A stretch of DNA of 63,938 nt, the filler included, from Octopus bimaculoides (taxonomy: Eukaryota), in the NCBI RefSeq assembly GCF_001194135.2. It is 5 parts of 5 records of this genome, joined end to end, with 100 filler letters (N's around TTAATTAATTAA, not from the genome) between each part and the next. Parts side by side here need not be neighbours in the genome. Positions count along the whole stretch, not along the records: positions 36,558 to 51,780 come from NC_068991.1; positions 51,881 to 62,196 come from NC_068982.1; positions 62,297 to 63,938 come from NW_026324754.1; 2 more parts are not named here. One strand, written 5' to 3'. The translations under genes and the position numbers were made by a program. The notes under the pieces were generated by a model. The model was given only the letters and a program-made list of their open reading frames with translations, searched no databases and had not been told where the DNA came from. Position 1 is the first letter of the stretch. The number at the start of each line of letters is the position of its first letter. This document shows positions 48,771 to 62,759 of the stretch, piece by piece.

Positions 48771-49690
48771 TAAACTGAACTACAAAAGAAACGTCGCGCA
48801 CATACTAAATAGAACCGGTGAATTAACAGACTGCCATAGCATTAATTGAAGCGTGCTAATTAAGAACCGTTCTTTCCTAATGATAAACGTCATTTCCTGA
48901 AATATGTTTGACGTCACATGGTGCCACGCAATGACGGAGTGTCCTGGATTCAAAGAGATGAACTCAATATTTCGTGTGTCCACCGTTAGCGTTGATTACC
49001 GCTAGGCATCTTCTGTACATTGAATGCACCAAACGATTGAGGAAGGCCATGGAGATAGTAGCCTACACTCTGTTAAAACTTGAGGTGAGTTGTGCCGCAG
49101 TTGCTGGCCTTGGACGGATGTTATTCAGCTTTCTTTGGATTTCGTCCCACGGGTGCTCTATGGGGTTCATGTCCGGACTTAGGGCAGGACATGGAGGTGT
49201 GTGGATGTTGGGCTGTTGAAAGACGTCTGTTGTCAACCTGGCAGTATGGACATGAGCGTTGTCGTGTTGGGACACGTGATTCCGATAACGAGCAAAGTAT
49301 GACACAATATGGAGGCCTCAAAACTTGGTCGATGTAGCGAGCAACCGTTACTCCATTGCCCCGGCCTTGGCCGATGTTTTGGAAGATCACTGGTCCAAGT
49401 TTCTGGTCGAGTGCAATCCCGCGCCATACCATGATGTTCTATCCTCCCCATGAGTCTCTCTCTCCACCATACAGCCATCGGCATTACGTTCACCACATCT
49501 TCTCCAAACCCTAGCTCTGCCATCTGCCACAGAAATGCAATATAGACTTTCGTCAGAGAAGACTACAGTCCTCCACAGCTAATATTGTCAGTTCTGACGT
49601 TTTTGAGCCCCTAGCCGGACGTCGACAAGACAGATTGAAGGATCTCAGCCGCCGGTGAACTGTCTCTACACGAATAGGTCTGTGGTGAAT
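48771..49690 (-). mobile_element. Decayed Tc1-like transposon
   Basis: Minus-strand frames MVWRGIA..GPVIFQNIG..NGVTVARYIDQVLRP and QHDNAHVHTARLTTDVF..PCPALSPDMNPIEHPWDEIQRKL are Tc1 DD34E-type motifs. Frameshifted; the boundaries are approximate. Confidence 0.8.
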
Positions 49691-49715
49691 CCCTATGGAT
49701 ATACTTTGTTATATA

Positions 49716-50090
<375 letters not shown>

Positions 50091-50094
50091 GTAC

Positions 50095-50345
50095 GATGAC
50101 ATAAACACACCAACACCGGTTGTCAGGCGTTGGTGGGGGACAGAGACACAAAATCACACACATAAACATATATATGTATACAATTTGGCCTTCTTTTCAG
50201 TTTCTGTCTACCAAATCCACTGACAAGGCTCTGGTCGACCCAAGTCTATTGTAAAAGACACCTGCCACGGTGCCACGCAGTGGGACTGAACTCGTAACCA
50301 TGTGGTTGGGAAACAAACTTCTTTACCACACAGTCACACCTATGC
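50095..50345 (-). mobile_element. SINE family A
   Basis: CAGTTTCTGTCTACCAAATCCACT-ACAAGGC...GGTGCCACGCAGTGGGACTGAAC, reverse orientation. Confidence 0.8.
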
Positions 50346-50930
50346 CTGCATGATTACGTATGAATAAAAACTTTCAGATCTTTGTAACGAATATGAAAAA
50401 AAAATATATAGAATATGTATATTCTGTTTCTTCTTCATTGCTCTTCGTTTTAAGATTCAAATTTCTAGTGTCACCATGATTAATCCCTTACAGTAACGAC
50501 TGTCCAGGGTACACTGCATGCTAGATTTCTTAGATCTATAAATCTCTTACATGTCGTATACGGAGGCATTCGATCAAGTAAATAAGTAGACAAACTTAAT
50601 ATAAGACTAACAGTCGATAATACAAAAAATATATCGGACTGGATTGGCAAGTTGACAGAGTCGTTAGAGCGTTGAAATGTGCTGATATCATTTTTGCCTA
50701 TCGTTGTTATTGCACCAAAATCAAAGTGACTGACTCGTCTGTTTCTTTTTTTTTTTTACTTGTTTTTTTTCTCTGTTTTATTTTTTTTAACAAAATGTTT
50801 TAAGTAATTTGTTCCGCATTTTTGAGATAAAATGTCACCAAGGTTCTGATTTCAAATCGCGATCTTCTAAGATTTGGGTTTTGTTTTATATGTTTCCGTC
50901 ATTAGACTGCGGCCACGCTGGGGTACCATC

Positions 50931-51640
50931 GTGTGACTGGGATTGCAATCCCTCCAGGTCTAGGGTATATAATTGGTATAACAATTTGTTTTGCATGCTG
51001 ATAGCATTGGGCTTGAAATTTTTCAACATTAAACTGCATGCTATTCTTCTTAGCCCACTTGTATATTTCATCTAACATCGAGATATATTTCACATCCGCA
51101 TTTGAGTGGTTGAAAACCTGTTTCAAAACCCAGTCATAGTGTTGTAAGGGCTAAGTCAGGCAGCTTCTTCCTGGTCAGAAACATGTCGGGTGTCAGTCAG
51201 CAAGTCATTTTCCTCTAGGAAGGTGATTAGATTTCTTCTGACTATTCGTTCTATAACTTTACTGATGTGCGAGGTCAGAGAGATAGGTTTTTAATTTTTG
51301 ATCTCTGCTCTACTACATCCTTTATGGAGAGAGCATAGTTTCCCTTCCTTCAGCTTACTTGGAAGATTGTCAGTTGTAAGGAAGCTATGAAAAAGAGACT
51401 GCAGTGGTCTTGCTAAGACTCGTTTACATGATTTTAGAAAGATTGTTGGGAATCCATCAGGGCCAGTAGCTGAGTTCAGGTTCATCTCATCAATAGCCCT
51501 TATTACATCGTCTTCTTTTGTATTGATGTAATCAGTCATCACTTGCGAAAAAGTCAACTGGATTGCTGACTTGCAATTGTCCAAGGGATGGAGTGAAAAC
51601 ACTTTTGAATTGCTTATTTAGTATTTCACTCATCCTCATT
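50931..51640 (-). mobile_element. CR1-like LINE RT fragment with an internal deletion
   Basis: EDDVIRAIDEMNLNSATGPDGFPTIFLKSCKRVLARPLQSLF..LPSKLKEG..LHKGCSRAEIKN, then LSLTSHISKVIERIVR, then a jump to LDEIYKWAKKNSMQFNVEKFQ. The catalytic YADD region is absent. Confidence 0.8.
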
Positions 51641-51780
51641 GGAGTTCCTGAGAAAGTGAGAAAGAGTGTGTCTATATATTTAGAGAGATTGAGGGGCTGA
51701 GAGAAGAAAGACGATGTGGTGAAGAGAAGTGAAGAAATAGGTGGAGAGAGATAGAGAGAGAGAGAGTGTGTGTGGGTGGG

Positions 51781-51880
51781 NNNNNNNNNNNNNNNNNNNN
51801 NNNNNNNNNNNNNNNNNNNNNNNNTTAATTAATTAANNNNNNNNNNNNNNNNNNNNNNNNNNNNNNNNNNNNNNNNNNNN
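51781..51880. other. Artificial 100-nt scaffold join
   Basis: 44 N + TTAATTAATTAA + 44 N. Confidence 0.95.
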
Positions 51881-52979
51881 TATATATATATATATGTAGT
51901 TTTGTATGTATATACATCTGCGTGTATATGTATTCATTTGAAACTGTAATTTCACTTTGTTGATACGGTTCTATCGCATTACTCAAGGCAGCTTGTTACA
52001 TAATGATCAAAACCATTTTAAATAACAAAATCGGGCAACCCCTTTGGTTCTGTTAAAAAGTAAGTAAAATCTCAGATGACAATAAACTCTACAATTTGTA
52101 CTAAGAATTTTTCTCACAAAAGTGATAACACTAAAAGAAATATAAAGTATGTAGTAGATTTGGTTTTAAAATGAACCACCATTGTTTGTGTATGCGTCTA
52201 TGTTTTCTTTGTGTTTTCTTTTGTACGTGAGTGAGTGTAAACAAATGCTATTTGATTAAATATATTGTGTCCTAGTTTAAAACACTCGAACTCCTTCTCT
52301 TCTATTTTATTGAAACAAACTTGCTTCCCATTAGTCTTTAAAAAGGTACTTCTTTTTCTTCAGACCTCAATGTACATTTTTTAATAGAACAAGTGCTACA
52401 TTATGTTCATTTCAGAGCGTTAATGCTTCCATATATGTTTTTTCTTATTCTTCAATTATTCCAAAGAATGTAAAACTATCTCTATAGAAATCAGTATTAC
52501 TTGTTAAAATCTAATTAAACTTGTCATGTGATATTTCGCAATATTTGCAATATGAGTTCACAACTTAAAATTTAACATTTGTACTAAGTTATTTTTCTTG
52601 TTTTCATTCATCTACCTTTCATTTTATCTCTCTAATTCGATTTTTATTCAAATTTTTGCTAAAACCTGTTCAAGTGTTTTGAAGAAATTTCTTTCATTTT
52701 TATTGCTTTGTAGCAACTGAATAGACCACGGTCTCTATCTATGATATACGTGATAACACCCATTAAGGAAAATAAATTATTGTCACCTTCCAAGAAGAGA
52801 ATAATTATTTTAATTCATGATAGAAAAGACGAACAAAAATTGAAAGAAAGAACATTAAGCATTTTATTATTGAAATTATATGGAACAACTTCCAGCAAAA
52901 TAAAATAAGAATCAGTACATCTAAAAGACGTAGGTCTAGTATATAAAAGAACATTCAGTTCAAGCTCGCGCAAACTGAT

Positions 52980-53557
52980 TTTGGACTTGGTTTTGGTTTT
53001 CTCTCTATTATTTTCTGTTTTCTTCGTAAATGCATCCTTTCATTTTCACGTTCACGTTCTGTATTTTATGTGCGAACAACATCCGCAACCATGGATAATT
53101 GTAAGGCTTTTATCTTCGTGTAATTGCTAGTCAAAATTGGTCGTGTTTCAGTTATGAGGACCGACTCTTGTATTTGCCGTAACGATGCGTCATCGGGGTG
53201 TCCAGACAGGATTTCTATGCTAACCCGGTCCAGTACACCGCCATGTTGTTCTTTGACATGCTGGTAGAGCACCGAGATTTGTTTGTGTGATTCTTGTAGT
53301 CCCTCCAATGTTCATTTACACGCTCAGTCAAACTTCTCGCTATTTCACCTATGTATGCCGTGTTTCCATTTTTACAACCACAATCCATACAGCTTATTCT
53401 GTAAACCACATTTCTGGTCTTGCAGTTGATACCAGGACTATATTTGAACCATGGTTGCGGATGTTGTTCACACATAAAATACAGAACGTGAAAATGAAAG
53501 GATGTATTTACAAAGAAAACAGAAAATAACAGAGAGAAAACCAAAACCAAGTCCAAA
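52980..53557 (-). mobile_element. Penelope-like GIY-YIG endonuclease fragment enclosed by about 110-bp inverted repeats
   Basis: The minus strand reads CKTRNVVYRISCMDCGCKNGNTAYIGEIARSLTERVNEH (GIY-YIG signature). Arms 52980-53094 and 53449-53557 are reverse complements (4 mismatches and one 6-bp duplication). Confidence 0.8.
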
Positions 53558-54372
53558 GTCTCTATCTTTTCTGATATGAATGAAATTTAACAAACACACA
53601 TATGGACGCACATGCTTACATATAAGCACGAACACATACGAGCGTGCACACACTCACATGCTCATACCGGACAATTTCAAAACAACGGTGAATCATACAT
53701 TCAAATTAAATGGAAGTGGAGAGACGGGTTACTGAAGAGATTGCAAGAGTGCAATGAAATGATTTAACAAAAAGAAAAACCAACTAAACACTGTTTATAA
53801 ATAAATAAAGTACCGAACCAGTGCGTGTGTTTATTACCGGCATAATGCCTCTCCCAAGGTTTGATAGTATTTCTTTCAACACACGTATTCACATCAAGAA
53901 TCTTGCACACCAAATACACATACGAAATAACTCTTTCAAAACCATCCTTTATTTATTCAGTGCAGATTGGCAATGAGCCAAAACTTATAGTCTTGTTATC
54001 CATTCTACCAAATTATTTAAATAGATTTTATTCAAGATCATGACATTCAGTCATCATGATTTGACACCAGCAGTCTATACAATTCATAATCTACATATTG
54101 TAAAATATTTTGCTATTGAAAAGCAGTCAGTGGAATTTATAGTCTAGTGAATGAAATGAGAAGTAGATGCTATACCATGATATAAAGAAGATTTGGTGGG
54201 AGTCATTCATTGTCCGGTAATTATAAAACTGTATATCTGTAACTTAAGACGCATAAATATACACTTGTCCTATATAAAATTAGGTACTCATAGTTTCTTT
54301 AGAGTGTACTAAAACATACTTTCAATATTAGGTATCATTCGCTGTTTTATTCTCCTCCACCTCTATATACAC

Positions 54373-54373
54373 A

Positions 54374-54450
<77 letters not shown>
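54373..54450. repeat. (CT)n microsatellite
   Basis: Seen directly. Confidence 0.95.
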
Positions 54451-54454
<4 letters not shown>

Positions 54455-54849
54455 GCTCCCTCACCATCTCTCTGTTTCACTCTCTCTGATTCTCATTTTT
54501 TTTACGCACTCTTATTCTGGCGAAAAGACACTTATTTTAATTCGCTGATGCTCATAAACTCAAACTCGTAAATATATATACGTGACCTGACACAGAATAA
54601 CATATATTTCTCTATTACTTCATTTTGTTACTTTCTTCTCAATTTTTTTTCGTTTAATTTTCTGGAGAAGAGCTTGTGTTCGAAACATCAAAGGCATTTC
54701 TAATTTGCAACATCTTGAATGACAACCTAATAATTACACTTTGATCTCAATTTATCTCCTTGCTGTTTCTCACATCGTTAGTTTTGCATGAACACACACA
54801 CACACATACACACGTACACACACGCAGGTAATTTTCTATGAAAAGTAAG

Positions 54850-54970
54850 TACAGGTCTGCTTTGCCTTTCATCCATTCGATAAAATAAGTACCACTGGAG
54901 TACTAGGATCGATGTTATCGATTTATCCCCTCCCCCGAAGTCGCTGGTTTTGTGTCAAAATTTGAAACAG
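54850..54970 (+). mobile_element. SINE family B, 3' half
   Basis: TTTGCCTTTCATCCATTCGATAAAATAAGTACCACTGG..GATCGATGTTATCGA..CCCCTCCCCCGAA. Confidence 0.7.
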
Positions 54971-56311
54971 ATAATTCGTGTCAAAGTTGAGTGAGACAAA
55001 TCCTACAAATTATACTTCGTTGATAAGGTCTAATATGACCAAAACATTTCAAGATTTGCCAACGTATTTTCTAACGATCAGAATCACTTTTCTCCGCATG
55101 AGGTCAATCGATTTTTAACTAATTTAAATTTCAGAAATGTTTTCCTTGCATCGAACATTACCGCTTTACTTTACTTCCGTAACGGATGTAATTTTAACCA
55201 AGTAATTATATTTTGTTTCACTACATCCAACATGTTAGACGCCATGTCTGTAGACGCATAATATAGAAGGTATCCCTATGATATTTTTCATGTCCTTATT
55301 TTAAATGGATTGTTCAATGAACTCGTATATCACTAATTTCTGATATAGGCTCTCATTCTAAAAGGTGATTAGTTCATGGAATACTGGGATTTTCTGAGGA
55401 GATCCAATAATGATAATAATAATATATTCCCGGAGTTGTTGCCGCGCTTACCAATGATCACACACATTACGTCATTTGTCTCCCTTTTGTTAAGAAGCAT
55501 CTATACATCTAATGATTTTTTCTGTTCATGACAGGTAAAGATTAATTAGGGAGCACACTTTTGACTCATTAGTTTGAGCATGTTAACTCCCATGTAATTT
55601 GTGTGTCTGTGTGTGTGTGTATGTGTGTGTGTGTGTGTGTGTACGCGCGCGCTTTGGTATTCCCACTTTTCCGTCTTTCTTTGGGCTTATTTAATTTTTT
55701 TCTGTCAGAAGAACTATATAATACAACACGTTATACTTGAAAGTCTTCATAAGAAATTGTAAGTCGTGTTTGTTAAATTTTTTAAACATTTAGACTTTAG
55801 ATTTGAGTCAAGTAAATATATGACAATAATGTACATCTCCATTCTTAGTACCCATATTTTAACATGGTTGTATTTCCTCAGTCGAAAGTACCTCGAGTGC
55901 GTCAATTAATCTAACGCATTATTAACACAAATAATGTGAAAAGGTGACCATGTTCTTCATAGATAAAATTCAAGAACAGTTAGCATATACACGTTCGAAT
56001 TTCAACGATCCTATTAAGAATGATTCGTACATCGCTGGTTTTGATTTTCTGTACACGTCAAAGTTTATCACAGGTAAATATATTTTCGCTTTATGTTCTG
56101 AGCGTGAAAGAAAATAAACATGTAACATTCTTTTAAGGCAGCATATCAGTTGGAATTTCGTTTTAACTTAACTAACGACGATATTTCTCTTCTATTTATT
56201 TTTCACTATTTCTAGCTATCTATCCGTTTATCCTCACAAGTGCCAACACAGAGGGAGACAGACAGGCAGAGATACATAAACTTTTATGTAGGTGTGTATA
56301 TAATACCTATA

Positions 56312-56362
56312 CATACGCACCCACACCCACATACGCACCCACACCCACATACGCACCCACAC
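56312..56362. repeat. 18-bp tandem repeat, about 2.8 copies (CATACGCACCCACACCCA)
   Basis: Seen directly. Confidence 0.85.
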
Positions 56363-56419
56363 AGAAGCACGTGCGTACGCGTACAAACATACATACACAC
56401 ACAAAAAATACACACACAC

Positions 56420-56458
<39 letters not shown>

Positions 56459-57077
56459 CATGCGCACACGCACGCATACACACACATATATTAACACCTA
56501 GAATAAGTTTTCAAATAAATTAAATGCTAGAGCTAACATGTTTTCCGCTTTCAATCAATATTTGCAACAAGATGTCTGTTTTACACAAGATGACTGTTTT
56601 ACACGATATGTTATGTCTTTTTTACACAATATATTATAGACAAATAGGAGATTTTAAAAATCAACAGGACTAAAGACGTAAAATAACGTATTGTATTATT
56701 AAGTTTGTGAATGATTTACCTATTACAGTAGCGCTACCAATTATTACACCAGAAAAAGCATGGCATTCCCAAACTAACTGGGATACATTATTCAAACTAA
56801 CTGTGCTACATTTATATCATATAGTTATTGATCAATCAACTGGCATTAGCATCAGAGTTTATAAATACATACATATTTTATGTGCTAATGTCTCGCGTAA
56901 CAATGTATCTTAACTCGACTAGATGTTTGAGACAAGAAATAACCCCATGGATTCACCTATACTTAGCACAGTTACATATAATAGGAAATAGACTCATAAT
57001 AAAACTCCTTTGAGAATAAATCGAAGCAAGTGGTCTTTAGTATTGCCATCAATTCCATTTTAACATGAGTTAAAACA

Positions 57078-58371
57078 CGAGGGGATACCCAAAGTAACCG
57101 GAAACGCTCTCTGTGGGCAAGCCCGTTGTAGTTCAGGCTCCGCCGCTAGAAGACACTTGATGTGATCCTCAGGCATCAGTCTGCCGATCGACGTCGTCGA
57201 CTGACATCGTACTGCCATGTGGGACGTCTATGTTTTGCAGTGCTTCTTCCTGGTTCGTCGAATTTTGCGATGGCTAAAACGAAGGGACAGCGTGTTTCTG
57301 TGAAATTCTGTTTTCTGCTTAGGAAAAGGCAGTCGAAACAGTTGCCATGCTTCAAACAACTTACAAAGACGCTGCCATGAGTAAAACACCAGTTTGCCAG
57401 TGATTTTCACACTTTAGGAATGATCAGCTATCACTTGAAGACCAACCTCATTCAGGGCGACCGTCGACCTCCCAAACGAATGAAAACATCATGAAAATTC
57501 ATGAACTGATCTTCGAGGAGCATCGCCGAACAGTTGACGAACTTGTCGATGTAACTGGTGTGTTCTGGAGATCCTGCCAACGAATTTTTATCGAGGGATT
57601 ATGAATGAAGAGAGTTGCAGTAAAATTTGTACCTCACTTACTCACAGAAGATCAAAAGAAGTCAGGACTGAATGCGTGTCGTGAACTTGATCCGAACCCT
57701 TTATCGAAGGCCATCACTGGTAACGAAAGCTGTTGCTACGGCTACGATCCGGAAACGAAGCAGCAACCAAGTCAATAGAAGCATTCAACGTCACTACACT
57801 CCCACAAAAGTGCGTCATGTGAAGTCCAATGGCACGATGATGCTGATGTTTCATCGATGCGAAAGGAATTGTCCACACAGTATTTGTAACTCCTGGTCAA
57901 ACTATTAACCATACAGTTTACTTGGCGGTTTTGAAGCGTTTACGAGAAACGGCGTGTGACGAAAACGCCCCGACCAGTAGAAAAATGGAGAGTGGTGTTT
58001 TCATCACGACAATGCACCTTCGCACACCACCTTCAGTGTGAGACAGTTTTTGAACAAAAATGGCATAACCCCGTTTACCCACCCTTCCTATTCACCCGAT
58101 CTTGCTCCCTGCAACTTTTTTTGTTCCCCCGAAAGAAAGATGTCCATAAAGGAAAACATTTTTCAGATGTTGAAGAGGTGAAGAAAAAAAAAACAACGGA
58201 GGAGTTAAAAAGGTTCACTTCGCAAGAGTTATAGGACTACTTCGAATAGTAGAAAACGAGTCTGGACCGATGCATTGCTTCAAATGGAGAATATTTTGAA
58301 GGCGATAAAAGTGTAAACTAAGTGCATAAAATAATATTGCAAAATTCCGGTTTCTTTTGGGTACCCCCTTG
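57078..58371 (+). mobile_element. Full-length (1,294 bp) decayed mariner transposon
   Basis: TIRs CGAGGGGATACCCAAAGTAACCGGAA / CAAGGGGGTACCCAAAAGAAACCGGAA. Transposase remnants from ATG 57270: MAKTKGQRVSVKFCF, MKRVAVKFVPHLLTEDQK, ITGNESCCYGYDPETKQQ, FHHDNAPSH and a frameshifted SPDLAP. Multiple stops. Confidence 0.9.
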
Positions 58372-60529
58372 TATTTCTTCAAAGTACCAAATAAAGATAT
58401 TATAAGACAAAAGGATATAAATTTAAGTGTGTTTGTATTTTTATAAGTTAGTTACCACGAACAGTGGAACATTGCAGTATCAAAACTTCTATGTTCCAAA
58501 CGTCAGATTTGGTCACTTCGGATGTCAAACGAATTTATTCATAGTTACTAAATCTCATGGATTTTATTTCTGTTCTAACCAACGCAGACTAGAGTCATTG
58601 GATTACTGACTTTAGCCGAGTAAAATTTAGTTATTTTCTCAGGTAGCTAAATATACAAAGATGACTGTAAAATGAAGAATGTGAAAGTAAAGGTGTGGAA
58701 TGCCTGGAAGACTTTCGAATAGAGACTGAAAATGCTATAAACGTCAAATGTAAGAACTTTATATGAATAGATAACAGACATGTGTATAAGAAATATAAAG
58801 TAAATATTCTTTGGTTATTGGATAAGAAGTGTCTTTAAATTGTCATTTCTACATCAGAGATACAAGTTATAGGAACACGTTGCTAAATCATGGCAACTAC
58901 TGAACCTGTGCAGAGAGTGTGATTGACTGCTTGAGAGCAACAGGTAATGAGATTACTGTATAGTGAGAAGCCTATGGCAAGAACAGAAACAATAAGAACA
59001 GAGATAACGCATCAAGAATAGTAAGAGCAACGGTTACACTAGCAACAATAAGAAATTAAAACGTTGACAGGTAATACGTGTCGACATTTATAGCGAAATT
59101 GAAAAGTACTGTATGGACAGAATACGAACGACAGTGATAAAGTAATATCAGAAAATTACCACCGTTATCATCAACATCAGTATCACCATACTTTCTACCG
59201 TCTTAATTATCATCAACAATATCACTACATCTAAATATAAGTATCATGAACATCATCTGGTGTCGTATACTAAAGTATTAATAACACTTTCATATCATAT
59301 CATCACCACGATTATCGTCGTCGTCATCGTTTCATTAATTATCATAATCAACAATGCATCTGCAATTCTCTAAAGCAATTCATGATTCTCAATGATTTCT
59401 TACATTATCATACAGCCACAATGCCAAAGATCCATGTATGCTATGCGGAAGAGGAACTGTTTCATTCAACCTACATTAAACATATCACTAATATTTGACG
59501 TTTATTTTATCTGCCGCAACTTCAATATATCTGAAATGGGAACTAGATTTCGTGTGTCATTTGTGTGTTTCTTAATAGCTTTAGTAAAGTAAGTCGGTCT
59601 TAACCTTGGATCAAAATCGGCTTCTGGAATCAGATATTTATGCCGGCTTCTGACCATTCTAATACTGATTTCTCACATTGATTTCTACTTGAAGTGTACA
59701 TTCGATTTAATTTTCCCTCTAGCAGTTATCTTCTATGTATGTTTCTAACTTAAGGTATTTTATCTGACGCTGTTATGATTCCGGTATTTTTCATCTTATC
59801 CTCACCACTCTGATATTGACAATCATAATGCTTCAAGCCACATTTCAGATCATAAAATTAACAGCAGTAGTCCTGCAGGCAATTTTCAATATTAGAAATT
59901 TTATTTATCATCATCGTCGTCGTCTTCGTCGTCGTCATTATTATCATCATTATGATGCTATCACCACTATCGCCCTTCTTTTACTCCACCTTGTTCTTAA
60001 CATCTTTATACATTTCCTTTTTCTTCAACATCAGCCTTAACATCATCACCACCTCTGCTACCACTACCACCACCATCATCGTCAACATCATCACACCTGC
60101 TACTACCATCGCCGTTAACTTCATCATTATCATCATCCTCTTCATCATTATGACAAAAATATTAACAATGAATGCGTAAATTATAGTATGGCACACAGAA
60201 AGTACCTCAGATGTTTCTGCACCCAAATACGGATGTGAGATATAGTGATTTAAATGATTTCATTCAACTCAGTTTAGAACTCCGAACATAGTTGGTAAAA
60301 ATTGAAAAACAAGTAACGGAAATATCTCCTCTGTGATCGAAATATTTTGAGCAATTTAGACAATACAAAATGTAACTAGCTATCTTCCTTGATCCAATTA
60401 GGAAAGAAGCGAAGACATTTTAGTTGTATTAGACTGCCTCGGCAAAGCTTGTCATACTCGCTTGACAAGACCAAAATAGAAGAGAAAAAGACTGTCTCAT
60501 AATCGGAGTATAGTATAATACATTCTACT

Positions 60530-60680
60530 ATGGACACAATTTGTGGGGAGGGGTCTAGTCGACGCATCGATTCCAGTGCTTAATTGATACTTATTTCATC
60601 GACCACGAAAAGATGAATGACAAAGTTCACCTCAACGGTATTTGAACATATAACGTAAAGATAGAAGAAGTACCGCCACC
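60530..60680 (-). mobile_element. SINE family B, degenerate
   Basis: GGGGAGGGG-CTAGTCGAC-CATCGA..TACTTATTTCATCGAC..AAAGATGAATGACAAAGT is the reverse complement of the family B body. Confidence 0.7.
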
Positions 60681-62159
60681 TTATCATAAAAAAAACTTTC
60701 TTTGTCGCAAAACCAGTTTATCAGAGTCAGGAACAAAATCATTTGCGTCCTTTATGCATTTGTTAAGAGCATTTCTGAAAGAAGTCTGCCTTAATCTAGG
60801 ACCACTGTATTACATATATGAGAACTAATTTGTAATCAGAATTCAGACTCCATCACTCTCCCCAAACTTTATCTCAACTAAATACATGTTATTCATTGTG
60901 AGTGTCATTATTACATTAAGTTTCTATAAGTATCTATTGAAGAATTTTATTTTTGTCAAGAGAGTATGTATATTTTCAAAACATTTTTGTTTGAAGTGAA
61001 ATATTTCAAAACTGTTCTTTCGGCGTTAGCACATTTAACGAAATTGTTAAATGTAAGCGGTCTAGAAACACAAGTATGGGATGAAATTTAACCATCTTTT
61101 ATAGATATACACCTTCAAATTCTACACTGGAGATGGTAATACTGCATAGACTGTGCAAAGATTGTATACGCCTTTTATAATATAGAAATGAACAAATACC
61201 ACCCAAAGCAGACAAGAATTAATTATAAACGCTGTCATCTTAATAAACGAAATACTGGTAAATGTGCGAAAAACAGTTGGAACTATACTAAGTGCAACTC
61301 TCAGAAATTAAATACATGTTTAGGACACACTGTTATAAACGCATTTGATTCGTGACAGAAACAGATATAAATTTTTAAAATAGGTTAATAGTTATAGGCT
61401 ATAAGTTATATATCCTCAACAGGATGCTAATTGAAAATACTGATTTTAACACCCAAAATTCGACTGAGAGATAACATATTTATTACTAGGTGGGGTGGGG
61501 TATTATTTTAATTCTTTCAAGCTTCTTTTAGGAGAACCCCCTGAAAAGTTCACAAAATAATGATATAAGCTTTTATTTTGCGATTTCCATTTTGGAAACA
61601 CCCCTGTACATACCACTTGACGTTTGACCCCCACCACATACACACACAAAATATAGGGGTAAGTACTAATTTAATCGATTTAAAACCCATAGTGTATGTA
61701 ATTATATAGTATTGTAAATTAGCATGGGATTTTTGATACGCTGAATCCAAAAATAGTATTGATTTTACAGTCTGATTTTCAAATATAGTGGAAATCCAAG
61801 ATAGCGGCCAATATACACAATTTTTAATGAAATCTGTAGCTGTACCAAGAATGTGTTGCGATATGTCTTTATATATGTTTTTGAGGTCATAGAGCACGAA
61901 TTTGATGTGGAACAAACAGTTTAATTACAAATAATTAAGTAATTTAACTTTACTAAAGTAAAAACATTTCCCGAGTTCCATAATTTATATGATACAATAA
62001 TATTTTTACAACCATTATGGCTTCCGAATTTCACACCAAGTCATCCAATGCATGATTGAAGTGAATAAGGCTTACGTCTGTCTTGCAACTCATATTATCC
62101 AAGTAAAGTTATTTTCATTTTTGCGTAATTTAGACGACAGTTTATTCACCGTACCCTGT

Positions 62160-62196
<37 letters not shown>

Positions 62197-62296
62197 NNNN
62201 NNNNNNNNNNNNNNNNNNNNNNNNNNNNNNNNNNNNNNNNTTAATTAATTAANNNNNNNNNNNNNNNNNNNNNNNNNNNNNNNNNNNNNNNNNNNN
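62197..62296. other. Artificial 100-nt scaffold join
   Basis: 44 N + TTAATTAATTAA + 44 N. Confidence 0.95.
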
Positions 62297-62759
62297 TATA
62301 TATACATATATATGCATGCTAATAAGCACCTATGTGTCCAATGCTTGCCTGTTTACTCACACATACACAACTTTCCAAAGCGAGGAAGCCATCCAATCAC
62401 AGACAGGTATATGCACGCGCGTACAGATACATGAATAATGAATTGACACATGTACGGAAGCACACATATGCACATGTACGTATTCAGGCACTCACCGATA
62501 CATACTTAGGCACATACATACGTTGAGTGGAGCAGAAGGAGCAAAACGGAAATAGTTCAACACATGTAAAAAAGTGTTTGGTTCCTTGTGTATGTTTAAG
62601 CACAGAAGCCTTATATGTATGTGTATCCATGTGCGATAGATTGTGTGTGTGTGGGTGGGTGTTTGTGTGTGTGTGTTGCAGTGGTTGAGTGTATGTGCCC
62701 GTGAATGTGCTACAAGATAAAACTGAATTTTTGCCAAGAAATTCCTGAGTACATTTTGT

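Noticed and set aside
59816-60226. ORFs of 74-81 aa in a CAT/CAC-rich segment
   Set aside because: This is degenerate trinucleotide low-complexity DNA with no splice or domain evidence.
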